IMG/VR virus record: IMGVR_UViG_3300025120_000177
Span: 1 to 38,930 of that record
DNA: 38,930 nucleotides
Source: a virus
Lineage: Duplodnaviria; Caudoviricetes
Direction: 5' to 3' (one strand)
Of the stretch, positions 27,172-35,234 are shown piece by piece. The position numbers were made by a program, and so were the translations under genes. The notes under the pieces were generated by a model. It saw nothing but the letters and a program-made list of their open reading frames with translations, did no database searches and was not told where the DNA came from. Each line of letters begins with the position of its first letter. The first letter of the stretch is position 1.

Positions 27172-27243
27172 TTATTCCTCGCAACATTCACATGAGCAGC
27201 ATGGGCAACAATTCCCACAACATTTTTCTTCTAAATTATTCAT
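27172..27243 (-). CDS. 23-aa cysteine-rich micropeptide MNNLEEKCCGNCCPCCSCECCEE (metallothionein-like)
   Basis: Not in the ORF track. ATG overlaps the upstream TGA (ATGA), GGAG upstream, TAA 4 nt before the next start; 9 Cys in 23 aa. Confidence 0.75.
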   Translation of the reverse strand: MNNLEEKCCGNCCPCCSCECCEE

Positions 27244-27794
27244 TTTTTATTATCTCCAGTTTTGATGTATTCATTTTGAGGTCGCTTTGCTTTCGCCGCC
27301 TTCAAAAAGTTTTTTGTAATATCTCTGACAGTATCTTCGGAAGGTGCAAGGATTTCGTCCATTTGTAGGCCGCCAATCTTATAGTGTTGATAGGCTTGAA
27401 CAAAAGTTCGAACGTTCGAAACTGACTGGACAATAACTTGTGGCTCACCTTTAGCAGTCAAAGAAACAGAGTTCCCAGTAATTGCTTTATATTCTTTTTG
27501 TAAAAATTTCTTTACTTCATTGATGGTGCGAGTGATCTCGTTCTCAAATCCGTTTTCTTTAAGGTCACACATTCTAACATCAGACTGATAGTTGATAACC
27601 ATTGAGTCTCCGTAGAACTTAACCTTGAAGCCATCGATTACTCGTTTGTCGAGCAAAGGGATGCCTTGTTCTCGCATAAGCCCAGTCTTGCGTGCCTTAC
27701 CATCATGTGAGTAGTTTTCTATGTGAGCGCCATCATAAGCATTCGACGCGGCTTGAGCTAACCCTTGGACAATTTCTAAAATTTCTTTGCTCAT
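27240..27794 (-). CDS. Hypothetical protein
   Basis: 184 aa; AGGAGA RBS; coupled to both neighbours by ATGA overlaps. Confidence 0.7.
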   Translation of the reverse strand: MSKEILEIVQGLAQAASNAYDGAHIENYSHDGKARKTGLMREQGIPLLDKRVIDGFKVKFYGDSMVINYQSDVRMCDLKENGFENEITRTINEVKKFLQKEYKAITGNSVSLTAKGEPQVIVQSVSNVRTFVQAYQHYKIGGLQMDEILAPSEDTVRDITKNFLKAAKAKRPQNEYIKTGDNKK

Positions 27795-28096
27795 ATTGCT
27801 CTCCTTGCTTCAAATTTCTCAACAAGCTCTCGTGCCATCCCGTCGACGTCTTCCAATCTTGCAGAGACAACTTCATTAGACATTTTCATGAAATCGGAAT
27901 CATCACCATTATCTGTTAATTGTCTGAGTGTTGTGCCCATCATCTCCATTGCTCTATCTCCGACTTGGTCCATGATGCGAAACAATCCATCATTGGGATC
28001 GGTTTGATCTACGGATAGATCGGGAGAGATTTCAGTATATGCTTCGTCCAACTCTTCTTTAATAATTCTTTTTAATGTTTGTTTTGTAAGTTTCAT
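27791..28096 (-). CDS. Small acidic protein with N-terminal MKLTKQTLKRIIKEEL tag
   Basis: Start reassigned to ATG at 28096 (GGAGA RBS, ATGA overlap with upstream stop). Confidence 0.75.
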   Translation of the reverse strand: MKLTKQTLKRIIKEELDEAYTEISPDLSVDQTDPNDGLFRIMDQVGDRAMEMMGTTLRQLTDNGDDSDFMKMSNEVVSARLEDVDGMARELVEKFEARRAI

Positions 28097-28461
28097 TTGT
28101 TTGGTCTCCAACCTGAATTCCATCTTTCTTCTCGACCTTCTACCCACTGGATATAGCACTTAAAACAACAATCAAATTTCGTCATATAAAGATCATCGAC
28201 AGATTTGAATGAATAAGTGTTACATGTTGGACATGAACGTTCCGATTCTCTATTAAGTAGTTCTTTTGAGATTAAAACCCCATCTAGATCTTCTTTCTCG
28301 CTCTCTGCTTTATCGTGTCGATAGTTCGACTTGAGTTCTTCAAGGTACTGTTTTTCTTTGTCGTCATCCCATTGTGACTTGGGGTTCACAACAGCTTCTT
28401 TACCATACTTCTCGGCTATTGCTTTTTCAACCTTTACGGCATAATTTGGATCTTTACTCAT
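28093..28461 (-). CDS. Hypothetical zinc-finger protein
   Basis: 122 aa; CPTC...CCFKC four-Cys ribbon. Confidence 0.7.
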   Translation of the reverse strand: MSKDPNYAVKVEKAIAEKYGKEAVVNPKSQWDDDKEKQYLEELKSNYRHDKAESEKEDLDGVLISKELLNRESERSCPTCNTYSFKSVDDLYMTKFDCCFKCYIQWVEGREERWNSGWRPNK

Positions 28462-28868
28462 TGAACACTCACATCTATTTTATTGGCAGCATAGTAAGTC
28501 AAAAGCGATGCGGATGTTCCAAGAACAAAGCCTCCGAAGAACACCCAAGATTGTCTTTTGGTGTTTGAGGATCTTCTAAGAATCTCAATTTCTTCATCTT
28601 TGATCGCGATCATTGCATCGTATTTTGTTTGCAAAGCTGTCTTTTCTATCTCTAAATAGTCAATTTGGTGCTGTTTTTCCGCAAGTTGAAGTGAAAAATC
28701 TAGAGCAGAGTTGATTGTGCACTGCTCTTCTGTGAACTCTTTCATTGTTATTATTGACACAACCGCTTCATCATTGAATAGCCTACCAGCAAAAGGTGCT
28801 GGCTCTCCTTCAACCAAAGGAGTCATAAGCGGCTCAGCAATTGACAATGCAGTGAGAAGCCAAATCAC
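28458..28868 (-). CDS. Secreted/membrane-anchored coiled-coil protein (possible spanin-like lysis component)
   Basis: 136 aa, GTG start; hydrophobic N-terminus, coiled coil, C-terminal TM segment WVFFGGFVLGTSASLLTYYAA. Confidence 0.5.
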   Translation of the reverse strand: MIWLLTALSIAEPLMTPLVEGEPAPFAGRLFNDEAVVSIITMKEFTEEQCTINSALDFSLQLAEKQHQIDYLEIEKTALQTKYDAMIAIKDEEIEILRRSSNTKRQSWVFFGGFVLGTSASLLTYYAANKIDVSVQ

Positions 28869-30829
28869 TTGATTGCCCTAGTCCATCTTTTGATCAAGCC
28901 TTCATTAAACTTAGCTGGATCCTCATCTGGTTCTTCTTCCGTGTTTAGATCCTGTAGGTCATCAAATGAAAATAATGATGGCATTTGACTTTCTTCCCAT
29001 TTATTATATAGCTCTATCACATCTTTGGTTTTTAGTTGCAAAAAGTAAGATAAAAGTTCTTCATCTGTCATTCGAGTTCCACCGACAGAGTTCTGTCGGT
29101 TCTGCAGTCTGAATTTTTGTATCGTTTTCAGTCCAAAATTCGAGATTGTTTTTTCCACTGCCTCATCCGGATCATCTAATGTGGATATATATTTTGCTTT
29201 TTCCACCGATGGTAAATTGGCTTGGGCCAAGTCAGCGGTGAATTTTGAAAGAACAGCAGACCTTATTTTTCCAGGAGTCATCTCTTTTGAAGATAAAGGT
29301 GTGAAGGGTCTGGTCTGTGTGGGCTCGAATGTTATTTTATTGTCCAAATCTGTGAATGCTTTGTCCATTTCATACATGTCTCCAATAGCTCGAATTAAAA
29401 CTTGAGCCAGTTTCTCACAGTCATCATCTGCTGTGTGGGTTTGTGTGAAGTTTTTTGTTTCTTCAAAAATTTTCATCAATCCATCTAATTTGCTTTTCAA
29501 TTTTTTGTGCATTAAAACAATCGTTTCAATCGATTCTTTGGACCTCGTTGCTACTTGAGTTGTTGATTTTTCTAAACCTTCAGGATCAATTGGTAAAAGA
29601 TCGGCAAAGAATTGCATTTGCTTGGTGTACATTGTCAGCAAATCTAGAGAGTCTAAAAATTGCGAATCTTGAAACGAATCAACTAGTTTTTTGCTAATCC
29701 TATATTTTGCTGTTCGTTTCATTATGACATTGTTGTCAAAAGACTTGATGTTGTGACCAACCAAAATGTAGTTGTCTTTTCCTAAGCTTTTTAGATATTG
29801 TAGAAATGCTCTCAGGCCTTGTTCTTCAGTTATAGATCCTGGTTGAAAGCCGGTGGGGTGAAAAGATTCATATTTTTCAAGTGGAAAATTTTCATACTGT
29901 GTGAAGTTTTTGTTCTCAGTATAAGTGAATGCAAAAACTTTGTTTAAGTAGTAAGTTATTTTAGAGAATTTTTTGAACCCTTCTGAGATTCTAAAGTTCT
30001 TGGGTCCTTTAGATTTTGTATAATGGTAAGGACTTGATGAAAAGGTTCTAAATAAATCGCAAAGATTCATGAAAAATTCTTTAGACCCTTCACTATCATT
30101 AATGTCAAACATCTGCTCGGGTTTGAAAATCTCATATAACTTCTCACCTCCTTTAGTCGTTTTCCACTCTCCACAAGAGTCTAGTAGCAATTGTGTTACA
30201 ACGTCAAATTCAGTTGGATTCTTTTTGTTCATGTGAATCAGCAAGAGATTAGTTAAGAGTTGACTATTATTGATCCTAGTAGTTTCATTTATTGCTAATA
30301 ACGCTCCGATAATGGCATCTGTGTTTCCAGTTTTTGGATCCAACTCCATGTTTGGATCGGCCTCATTTTTGCCTCTGAAAAGTTTTCTGAAGACTTCATG
30401 GGAGACTTCATCATTTTTTTCCTTGTTTCCTTCGTATTCAGGCCCTCTTCCCTTGAACGCACTCCATGTTCTCTTTCGCTTTTTTTTAATTATTTCATCT
30501 TGTTCCGCAAAATCTTTCGAATTGAACTTTGCCTTACTAACAAAGCCACCTGTTGCAGTGAGGTTTGCTATCCCAGACATGGGTTTACCAGATAGGTAGT
30601 CGGTCAAAATCGACTTAACATCAAACTCTAAAGCAGCAATTTGATGGACATATGCCTTTTCTCCAAATCCATTTGTTTCCAAATCATAAAAGATTAGCTT
30701 TTTATCAAAGATGGAGCCTTGCTTGGATGGATCCAAAATGTTGTTCAATATGTATTTAGTAGACATCTTAGAGTGAATCATTGCTCTTTCATCTAAGTTT
30801 TCTTTGTTCTTGACGATTTTAATTTTCAT
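28865..30829 (-). CDS. DEDDh (DnaQ-family) 3'-5' exonuclease with large insertion and extensions
   Basis: 654 aa; ExoI FYDLETNG, ExoII LVGHNIKSFD, FLDSL, ExoIII HTADDD. Confidence 0.8.
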   Translation of the reverse strand: MKIKIVKNKENLDERAMIHSKMSTKYILNNILDPSKQGSIFDKKLIFYDLETNGFGEKAYVHQIAALEFDVKSILTDYLSGKPMSGIANLTATGGFVSKAKFNSKDFAEQDEIIKKKRKRTWSAFKGRGPEYEGNKEKNDEVSHEVFRKLFRGKNEADPNMELDPKTGNTDAIIGALLAINETTRINNSQLLTNLLLIHMNKKNPTEFDVVTQLLLDSCGEWKTTKGGEKLYEIFKPEQMFDINDSEGSKEFFMNLCDLFRTFSSSPYHYTKSKGPKNFRISEGFKKFSKITYYLNKVFAFTYTENKNFTQYENFPLEKYESFHPTGFQPGSITEEQGLRAFLQYLKSLGKDNYILVGHNIKSFDNNVIMKRTAKYRISKKLVDSFQDSQFLDSLDLLTMYTKQMQFFADLLPIDPEGLEKSTTQVATRSKESIETIVLMHKKLKSKLDGLMKIFEETKNFTQTHTADDDCEKLAQVLIRAIGDMYEMDKAFTDLDNKITFEPTQTRPFTPLSSKEMTPGKIRSAVLSKFTADLAQANLPSVEKAKYISTLDDPDEAVEKTISNFGLKTIQKFRLQNRQNSVGGTRMTDEELLSYFLQLKTKDVIELYNKWEESQMPSLFSFDDLQDLNTEEEPDEDPAKFNEGLIKRWTRAIK

Positions 30830-30830
30830 T

Positions 30831-31211
30831 TTAGTTTTCCTTTGTTAACTTGGCAACATTGAGTTCTTCAAGTAAAATTTTATCTATCGCATCTGGATCT
30901 TCTTTTGCTAATTCCAAGAGCTCCAGCTTTCTATTTAAAGTTTCTCTTTCGAGTTCAGACTTTGCAGTCCGATGCTTCTTTCTTAGTGCAATTCTAGAAC
31001 TGACATATTTCTGATGTGCTTTTGCTAATCTTAATTTTTCCTCAGCCGAGATTTCTTCAATGACTTTAATTTCTTTATCTTTGGCCTCTGCAGAAGCCTC
31101 GGCAACCTTAACCTGTAATTTGTTACTTTTTCGCCCTAATACAAAAACTGTTAGCACGACAAGCGCGGAAGCAATAATTTCCCACTTATCTTTAATCCAA
31201 TTCAACATCAT
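30831..31211 (-). CDS. Membrane-anchored coiled-coil protein (possible inner-membrane spanin)
   Basis: Start reassigned to ATG 31211 (overlaps upstream stop); one N-terminal TM (IIASALVVLTVFVLG) then charged coiled coil. Confidence 0.5.
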   Translation of the reverse strand: MMLNWIKDKWEIIASALVVLTVFVLGRKSNKLQVKVAEASAEAKDKEIKVIEEISAEEKLRLAKAHQKYVSSRIALRKKHRTAKSELERETLNRKLELLELAKEDPDAIDKILLEELNVAKLTKEN

Positions 31212-31402
31212 CCGTTTCTCCAAGTTTTAGCAAAATCAATAGCGGTTTGACCGCCGATATAAGTTACAGCAATCATGCCCCATGTATCAGAACTTAAGTC
31301 TGAGAAATACATTAAAGCAGTTGCAACACCGAATACTAAAAGCTTACGAGAGATAAGTTTCTCTTGAACAGCATCGAGCATTCCTTTGTCTTCGTTTTCC
31401 AT
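31208..31402 (-). CDS. Small two-TM protein, candidate holin
   Basis: Start reassigned to MENEDKG (GGAGGA RBS); SRKLLVFGVATALMYF and WGMIAVTYIGGQTAID segments; first gene after a late motif. Confidence 0.55.
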   Translation of the reverse strand: MENEDKGMLDAVQEKLISRKLLVFGVATALMYFSDLSSDTWGMIAVTYIGGQTAIDFAKTWRNG

Positions 31403-31427
31403 AATAAAATCCTCCAAAAGAATGCCC

Positions 31428-31435
31428 TAAATAGT
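31428..31435 (-). promoter_or_regulatory. Putative late promoter motif ACTATTTA at the start of the lysis/head block
   Basis: Intergenic exact copy between the SbcCD stop and the holin-like gene. Confidence 0.7.
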
Positions 31436-31443
31436 CTGATGTA

Positions 31444-34400
31444 TTACAAATTTACCCTTGCGTAACCATCAGCTTTATCAATGTCGATTGTCATATCGAC
31501 CACATCCTTCAAACTTTCCAAGTGAGTGATCAATAAAACAGTTTTAAATTGAGCCTTAATCATTTGTAGGAGTCTTGTAAACCCTTCCATGTGATCGGCA
31601 TCAAGAGCTGTTGCTGGTTCGTCCAAGACAAAAATGTTTGACTTTGGCAAAGATGAAACAGAGATTAGTGCCAACCTAACTGCCATTGAGGCGATTGTTT
31701 TTTCTGCTCCAGAGCCCATCGATAGGGGTCTAGGGTCATAGTTTGGATGTTTAAGATAGACTTCTAGTTTGTCACCATCTTCATCAAAAAAGACTTGGAA
31801 CTCGACAATTGACGATAAGACTTTTTGAATCTCCTCATTGATTACTGGTAACATAGACTTAATCACTTCATAAGAGATGCCATTAGCGTGAGTTGCTTTT
31901 ACAAAAATATCGTAGGCAATGTAGTCCTTCTCGGCATTCGCAATTTGTTCAATCTTTTCATTTGCTTCTTCGATAGTTCTCTTTGTTGATCCCTTCTCAG
32001 ACATGAACTCGAGAACTTTAGATTCACAGGATTTGATTTCAGCTGCTTTCAGGGACACGGTCTTGTTGATTGCTTGTAGATCTCGACGTAATGAGGATAG
32101 ATTCTCATAGGCTTCGATGTTATCATTGTAATAGGCCATGTCTGCCTCACAGTCTTTGATGCGACGGTTCATAAGGGACACCTTGCCTTCACAGTTTTCC
32201 CACTGTAGGGACGTGTTTCGAACTTCTGATTGTTCTTTAGCAAAAGCGTCACGCTGAACTTCGTAGTCTTGAACAACTGCTCTAGAGTAAACTTCGTTGA
32301 TTAAAGATGCTTTCATTTTCAAGTCAAGCATGGCGGAGTTGAGGCGTTCGATATCCTGCTCTACCTCGACAATCGTCACCTTCGCTTCTTCTGCTTTCTT
32401 TACGAACTCATTATTACTACAGAATTTACAGCCTGGGTCATACTCGTGGTCGTGGAGCATGTCGATCTTTGATTGAAGCCTAGACTTTTCTCGCTTTGCT
32501 TTATCGACAGACTTTTGAGTTTCTTTCATTTTTGACTTGATGATCTCAAAAGTATCTAGATCTTCTTGAGCAACAGTTGACTCTTCAAGCAAAGATGGTA
32601 ATCTAAGCGTCAAATCTTCAATCCTAGAGCGTTTTGTAGCGATCTCGGTAGATAGCCTATCCATCTCTTTAGAGTTCTTTGAGAGCGATTTACGAGCCTT
32701 TGAGAGCATGTTTCTTAAGGCATCAATATCAAGATCTCTTTGAGAAGCTGCTTCAACTTGATCCTGAATCAGCTGCTGTTCTTCTTTGAGAACCACTAAT
32801 CGAGCAGTGTGTTTTTCGCACAAATCTTGTTGAGTTTGAATATCTTCGAGAATCTCAGAAAATTCTGCTTGTGCTCGAGACAATTTCCGTTGCCAGTCAA
32901 CCGAATTGAGATGCTTGATGACTCCACGCATCTCTGATGAATCTTGCTTTGCCAACTTATGCATTTGATCGAAGATCTGTAAATCAAGAAATTTGGCAAG
33001 AATCTCCTTACGCTTTGTAGAACCTTCGTTAATAAATCCGAAGGAGTCATTTTGAGCAGCAAGTGATGTCATCATAAAGTCCTCTAGAGATCCAAAGATG
33101 TTTCGAATATTCTCATCGGTCTTATTGCGGGTGTCGCCGTTCTTCGACTCCTTTTGGATTCCAAATGTTAACTTTCTGAAGTCGAGGTCTGTTTTCGCTG
33201 AGATGATTTCCCGACCTTTAGACCTTCCGGTTGTTTTTTCGAGGCTTCGATCAATTTCATAAACATCATCGCCGACAGCGATCTCGAGTTTACAAGAAGC
33301 TTGTTCTTTGTTTTGATTGATGATATGGACATTCTTTCTTTCTCCTTTTGATGTCGTGTTAAAAAGGCCAAACAGTGCAGCATCTATAATAGAAGACTTG
33401 CCTGAATAGTTCTTTCCGAAGATTCCAACAAGACCATTTAGTCGATTGAAATCCAAAGTGTTGCCTTTTCCGTAATTAAATAGGTGGTCCCAAGTCATTT
33501 TCTTAATATCCCACACAACATTTCTTGCAATAGGTGAAGATGACTCGACCTTTTTAAGATAGTCTCGAGACAATTCAACAACTCTATCGCGGATAGAATC
33601 ATCAATTTCTTTGGAATCCATAAACTCTCTCAGGAATTTTTCCTGATTATCTGGGTTTCGCATATTTAATGCCTTTCCATTCTTTGCAGACTCTACCGAA
33701 TTTGAAGATGCAGAATTGTTTACGAAGCTGACAGAATAGGTTGACCATTTGACCTGGGCATAATCACATGCGCGCTTAAGTTTTGACATTGGCAGATTGT
33801 GATTACAAACCAATCTTAACCTAGAATTCTTAGGTACTTCCACATCAGGTAAAGTTCCATCCTGATTGATGTAGATTGTTATGAAGGGTCTTGGGGATTG
33901 AAACAATCTCTTGTCGATTGTGTGCTTGTCTTTTGAGTGGATATTCCAAACTATGTAACCCTTTAGTCTCGACTCTCCGAAATTCTGTTGCACTGTGGAT
34001 CCTGCATACCACACTCTTTGATCACGATCCATAAATTGTGTCTTGTGGATATCTCCCAACATAGCATAGTCAAACTCTTCAAAGATTGACATGTCATCTT
34101 CTCCATGATCCAAAGAGAATCCAGATCCGACTTGTGAGCCGCGAATGGCGCCATGGTAAAGTGCGATGTTAATTGAATTTTTGTTAGATGGATCCTGCCA
34201 ATTGTCCCTATCGAAAACCGAAAGGACATTGAATGTCAGCCCATCTTCAGGAGAATATTCCCCAGAATTCTTCAACAAAGTAAAGTTTGGATGTTGAAGT
34301 GCTTCCACTATTGGCGTTACTGCATCCTGACGGTCACCATTTTTCAGATTACCATCGTGGTTGCCTAAGATCATAATTGTCGGTGCTATATCCGCTAATG

Positions 34401-34599
34401 ACTTCAAGAAATTAGATGCCATTTCAAAATATTCTGGCGATAGTTGAGTCTTCGTGTGTGCAAGATCTCCAGTGTGAACAATATAGTCAGGCTGTTCTTC
34501 TTTAAGTGAATCATAAATTTTGTTGAAAACATGTCTGTATTCATCATGGTATTTGAGATTACGGATATGTGTGTCGCTAATGTGTGCGATGCGTTTCAT
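31444..34599 (-). CDS. Fused Mre11/SbcD nuclease - Rad50/SbcC ATPase (T4 gp47+gp46-like)
   Basis: 1051 aa; phosphoesterase HISDTH, HTGDL, GNHD, LGDIH; Walker A GKNYSGKSS, coiled coil with CKFC zinc hook, signature MGSGAEK, Walker B FVLDEP, ITH. Confidence 0.93.
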   Translation of the reverse strand: MKRIAHISDTHIRNLKYHDEYRHVFNKIYDSLKEEQPDYIVHTGDLAHTKTQLSPEYFEMASNFLKSLADIAPTIMILGNHDGNLKNGDRQDAVTPIVEALQHPNFTLLKNSGEYSPEDGLTFNVLSVFDRDNWQDPSNKNSINIALYHGAIRGSQVGSGFSLDHGEDDMSIFEEFDYAMLGDIHKTQFMDRDQRVWYAGSTVQQNFGESRLKGYIVWNIHSKDKHTIDKRLFQSPRPFITIYINQDGTLPDVEVPKNSRLRLVCNHNLPMSKLKRACDYAQVKWSTYSVSFVNNSASSNSVESAKNGKALNMRNPDNQEKFLREFMDSKEIDDSIRDRVVELSRDYLKKVESSSPIARNVVWDIKKMTWDHLFNYGKGNTLDFNRLNGLVGIFGKNYSGKSSIIDAALFGLFNTTSKGERKNVHIINQNKEQASCKLEIAVGDDVYEIDRSLEKTTGRSKGREIISAKTDLDFRKLTFGIQKESKNGDTRNKTDENIRNIFGSLEDFMMTSLAAQNDSFGFINEGSTKRKEILAKFLDLQIFDQMHKLAKQDSSEMRGVIKHLNSVDWQRKLSRAQAEFSEILEDIQTQQDLCEKHTARLVVLKEEQQLIQDQVEAASQRDLDIDALRNMLSKARKSLSKNSKEMDRLSTEIATKRSRIEDLTLRLPSLLEESTVAQEDLDTFEIIKSKMKETQKSVDKAKREKSRLQSKIDMLHDHEYDPGCKFCSNNEFVKKAEEAKVTIVEVEQDIERLNSAMLDLKMKASLINEVYSRAVVQDYEVQRDAFAKEQSEVRNTSLQWENCEGKVSLMNRRIKDCEADMAYYNDNIEAYENLSSLRRDLQAINKTVSLKAAEIKSCESKVLEFMSEKGSTKRTIEEANEKIEQIANAEKDYIAYDIFVKATHANGISYEVIKSMLPVINEEIQKVLSSIVEFQVFFDEDGDKLEVYLKHPNYDPRPLSMGSGAEKTIASMAVRLALISVSSLPKSNIFVLDEPATALDADHMEGFTRLLQMIKAQFKTVLLITHLESLKDVVDMTIDIDKADGYARVNL

Positions 34600-34627
34600 T
34601 TGTCCTCCAATGTTTGGTGTTAATATT

Positions 34628-34656
34628 ATTATAACATTTTAGCAATCGATTGTCAA
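34628..34656 (-). promoter_or_regulatory. Sigma70-type promoter, perfect consensus
   Basis: TTGACA-17 nt-TATAAT with extended -10 TG, upstream of the SbcCD gene. Confidence 0.9.
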
Positions 34657-34929
34657 GTATTTTTCTTCGAACTCGTCATAAAAAATTGGGCCGCCTTTCA
34701 TAAATGTTAGATCAAAAATGTTATAATCAAACCACTCAAGGGCATCAATAGCATCCCAATCATAAGCATCCTTCAGGCACTGTAGTAAAATGCTTACATT
34801 ATAAACAAGGCATCCTCGTTTGCTATTAAATTCTTTTATTGAATCTTCGAAAATTTCTTTGGGCTCCAAAACAATGAATGAATGACCGTCCTCCACCGCT
34901 TCTTCTATTAATTTTTCTGAGAAACTCAT
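34639..34929 (-). CDS. Hypothetical phage protein
   Basis: 96 aa; LVYNV...ALEWFDYNI...GPIF pattern seen in small phage proteins; GGAGGT RBS. Confidence 0.7.
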   Translation of the reverse strand: MSFSEKLIEEAVEDGHSFIVLEPKEIFEDSIKEFNSKRGCLVYNVSILLQCLKDAYDWDAIDALEWFDYNIFDLTFMKGGPIFYDEFEEKYLTIDC

Positions 34930-34954
34930 TGTAACCTCCTAAAGTTCACATTAT

Positions 34955-34983
34955 AATATAACATGATTGGAGTCTATTGTCAA
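34955..34983 (-). promoter_or_regulatory. Sigma70-type promoter
   Basis: TTGACA-17 nt-TATATT with extended -10 TG. Confidence 0.8.
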
Positions 34984-34984
34984 G

Positions 34985-35191
34985 TCAATTAAGAAGAATT
35001 ATCATTTCGGAAGAGACAACAATATCAACACGACCAAACATGACAGAGTACCATGTAATTCCTTGGCCAAAATCTTCGCCCAACAGTTCATCGAATGAGA
35101 TCACCGCGAGGACAATGCCAACATTTGGCAATGTTTCGCTTTGAAAATCTTCTAAAAAAACAACTAAACTTCCAACCTCAAATTTCTCCAC
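34985..35191 (-). CDS. Small hypothetical protein (possible SH3/KOW-like beta barrel)
   Basis: Start reassigned to GTG 35191 (GGAGG RBS); FEVGSLV...VGIVL...YSVMF pattern. Confidence 0.6.
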   Translation of the reverse strand: MEKFEVGSLVVFLEDFQSETLPNVGIVLAVISFDELLGEDFGQGITWYSVMFGRVDIVVSSEMIILLN

Positions 35192-35208
35192 ATAAAACCC
35201 TCCACTAG

Positions 35209-35216
35209 TAAATAGT
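35209..35216 (-). promoter_or_regulatory. Putative late promoter motif ACTATTTA
   Basis: Intergenic exact copy just upstream of the GGAGG RBS of 34985..35191. Confidence 0.65.
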
Positions 35217-35234
35217 GTCGAGTGTAGCGAGGAT

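Noticed and set aside
7722-34599. Introns or inteins in capsid, terminase, portal or SbcCD genes
   Set aside because: Frames are uninterrupted; I saw no intein splice-junction or homing-endonuclease motifs.
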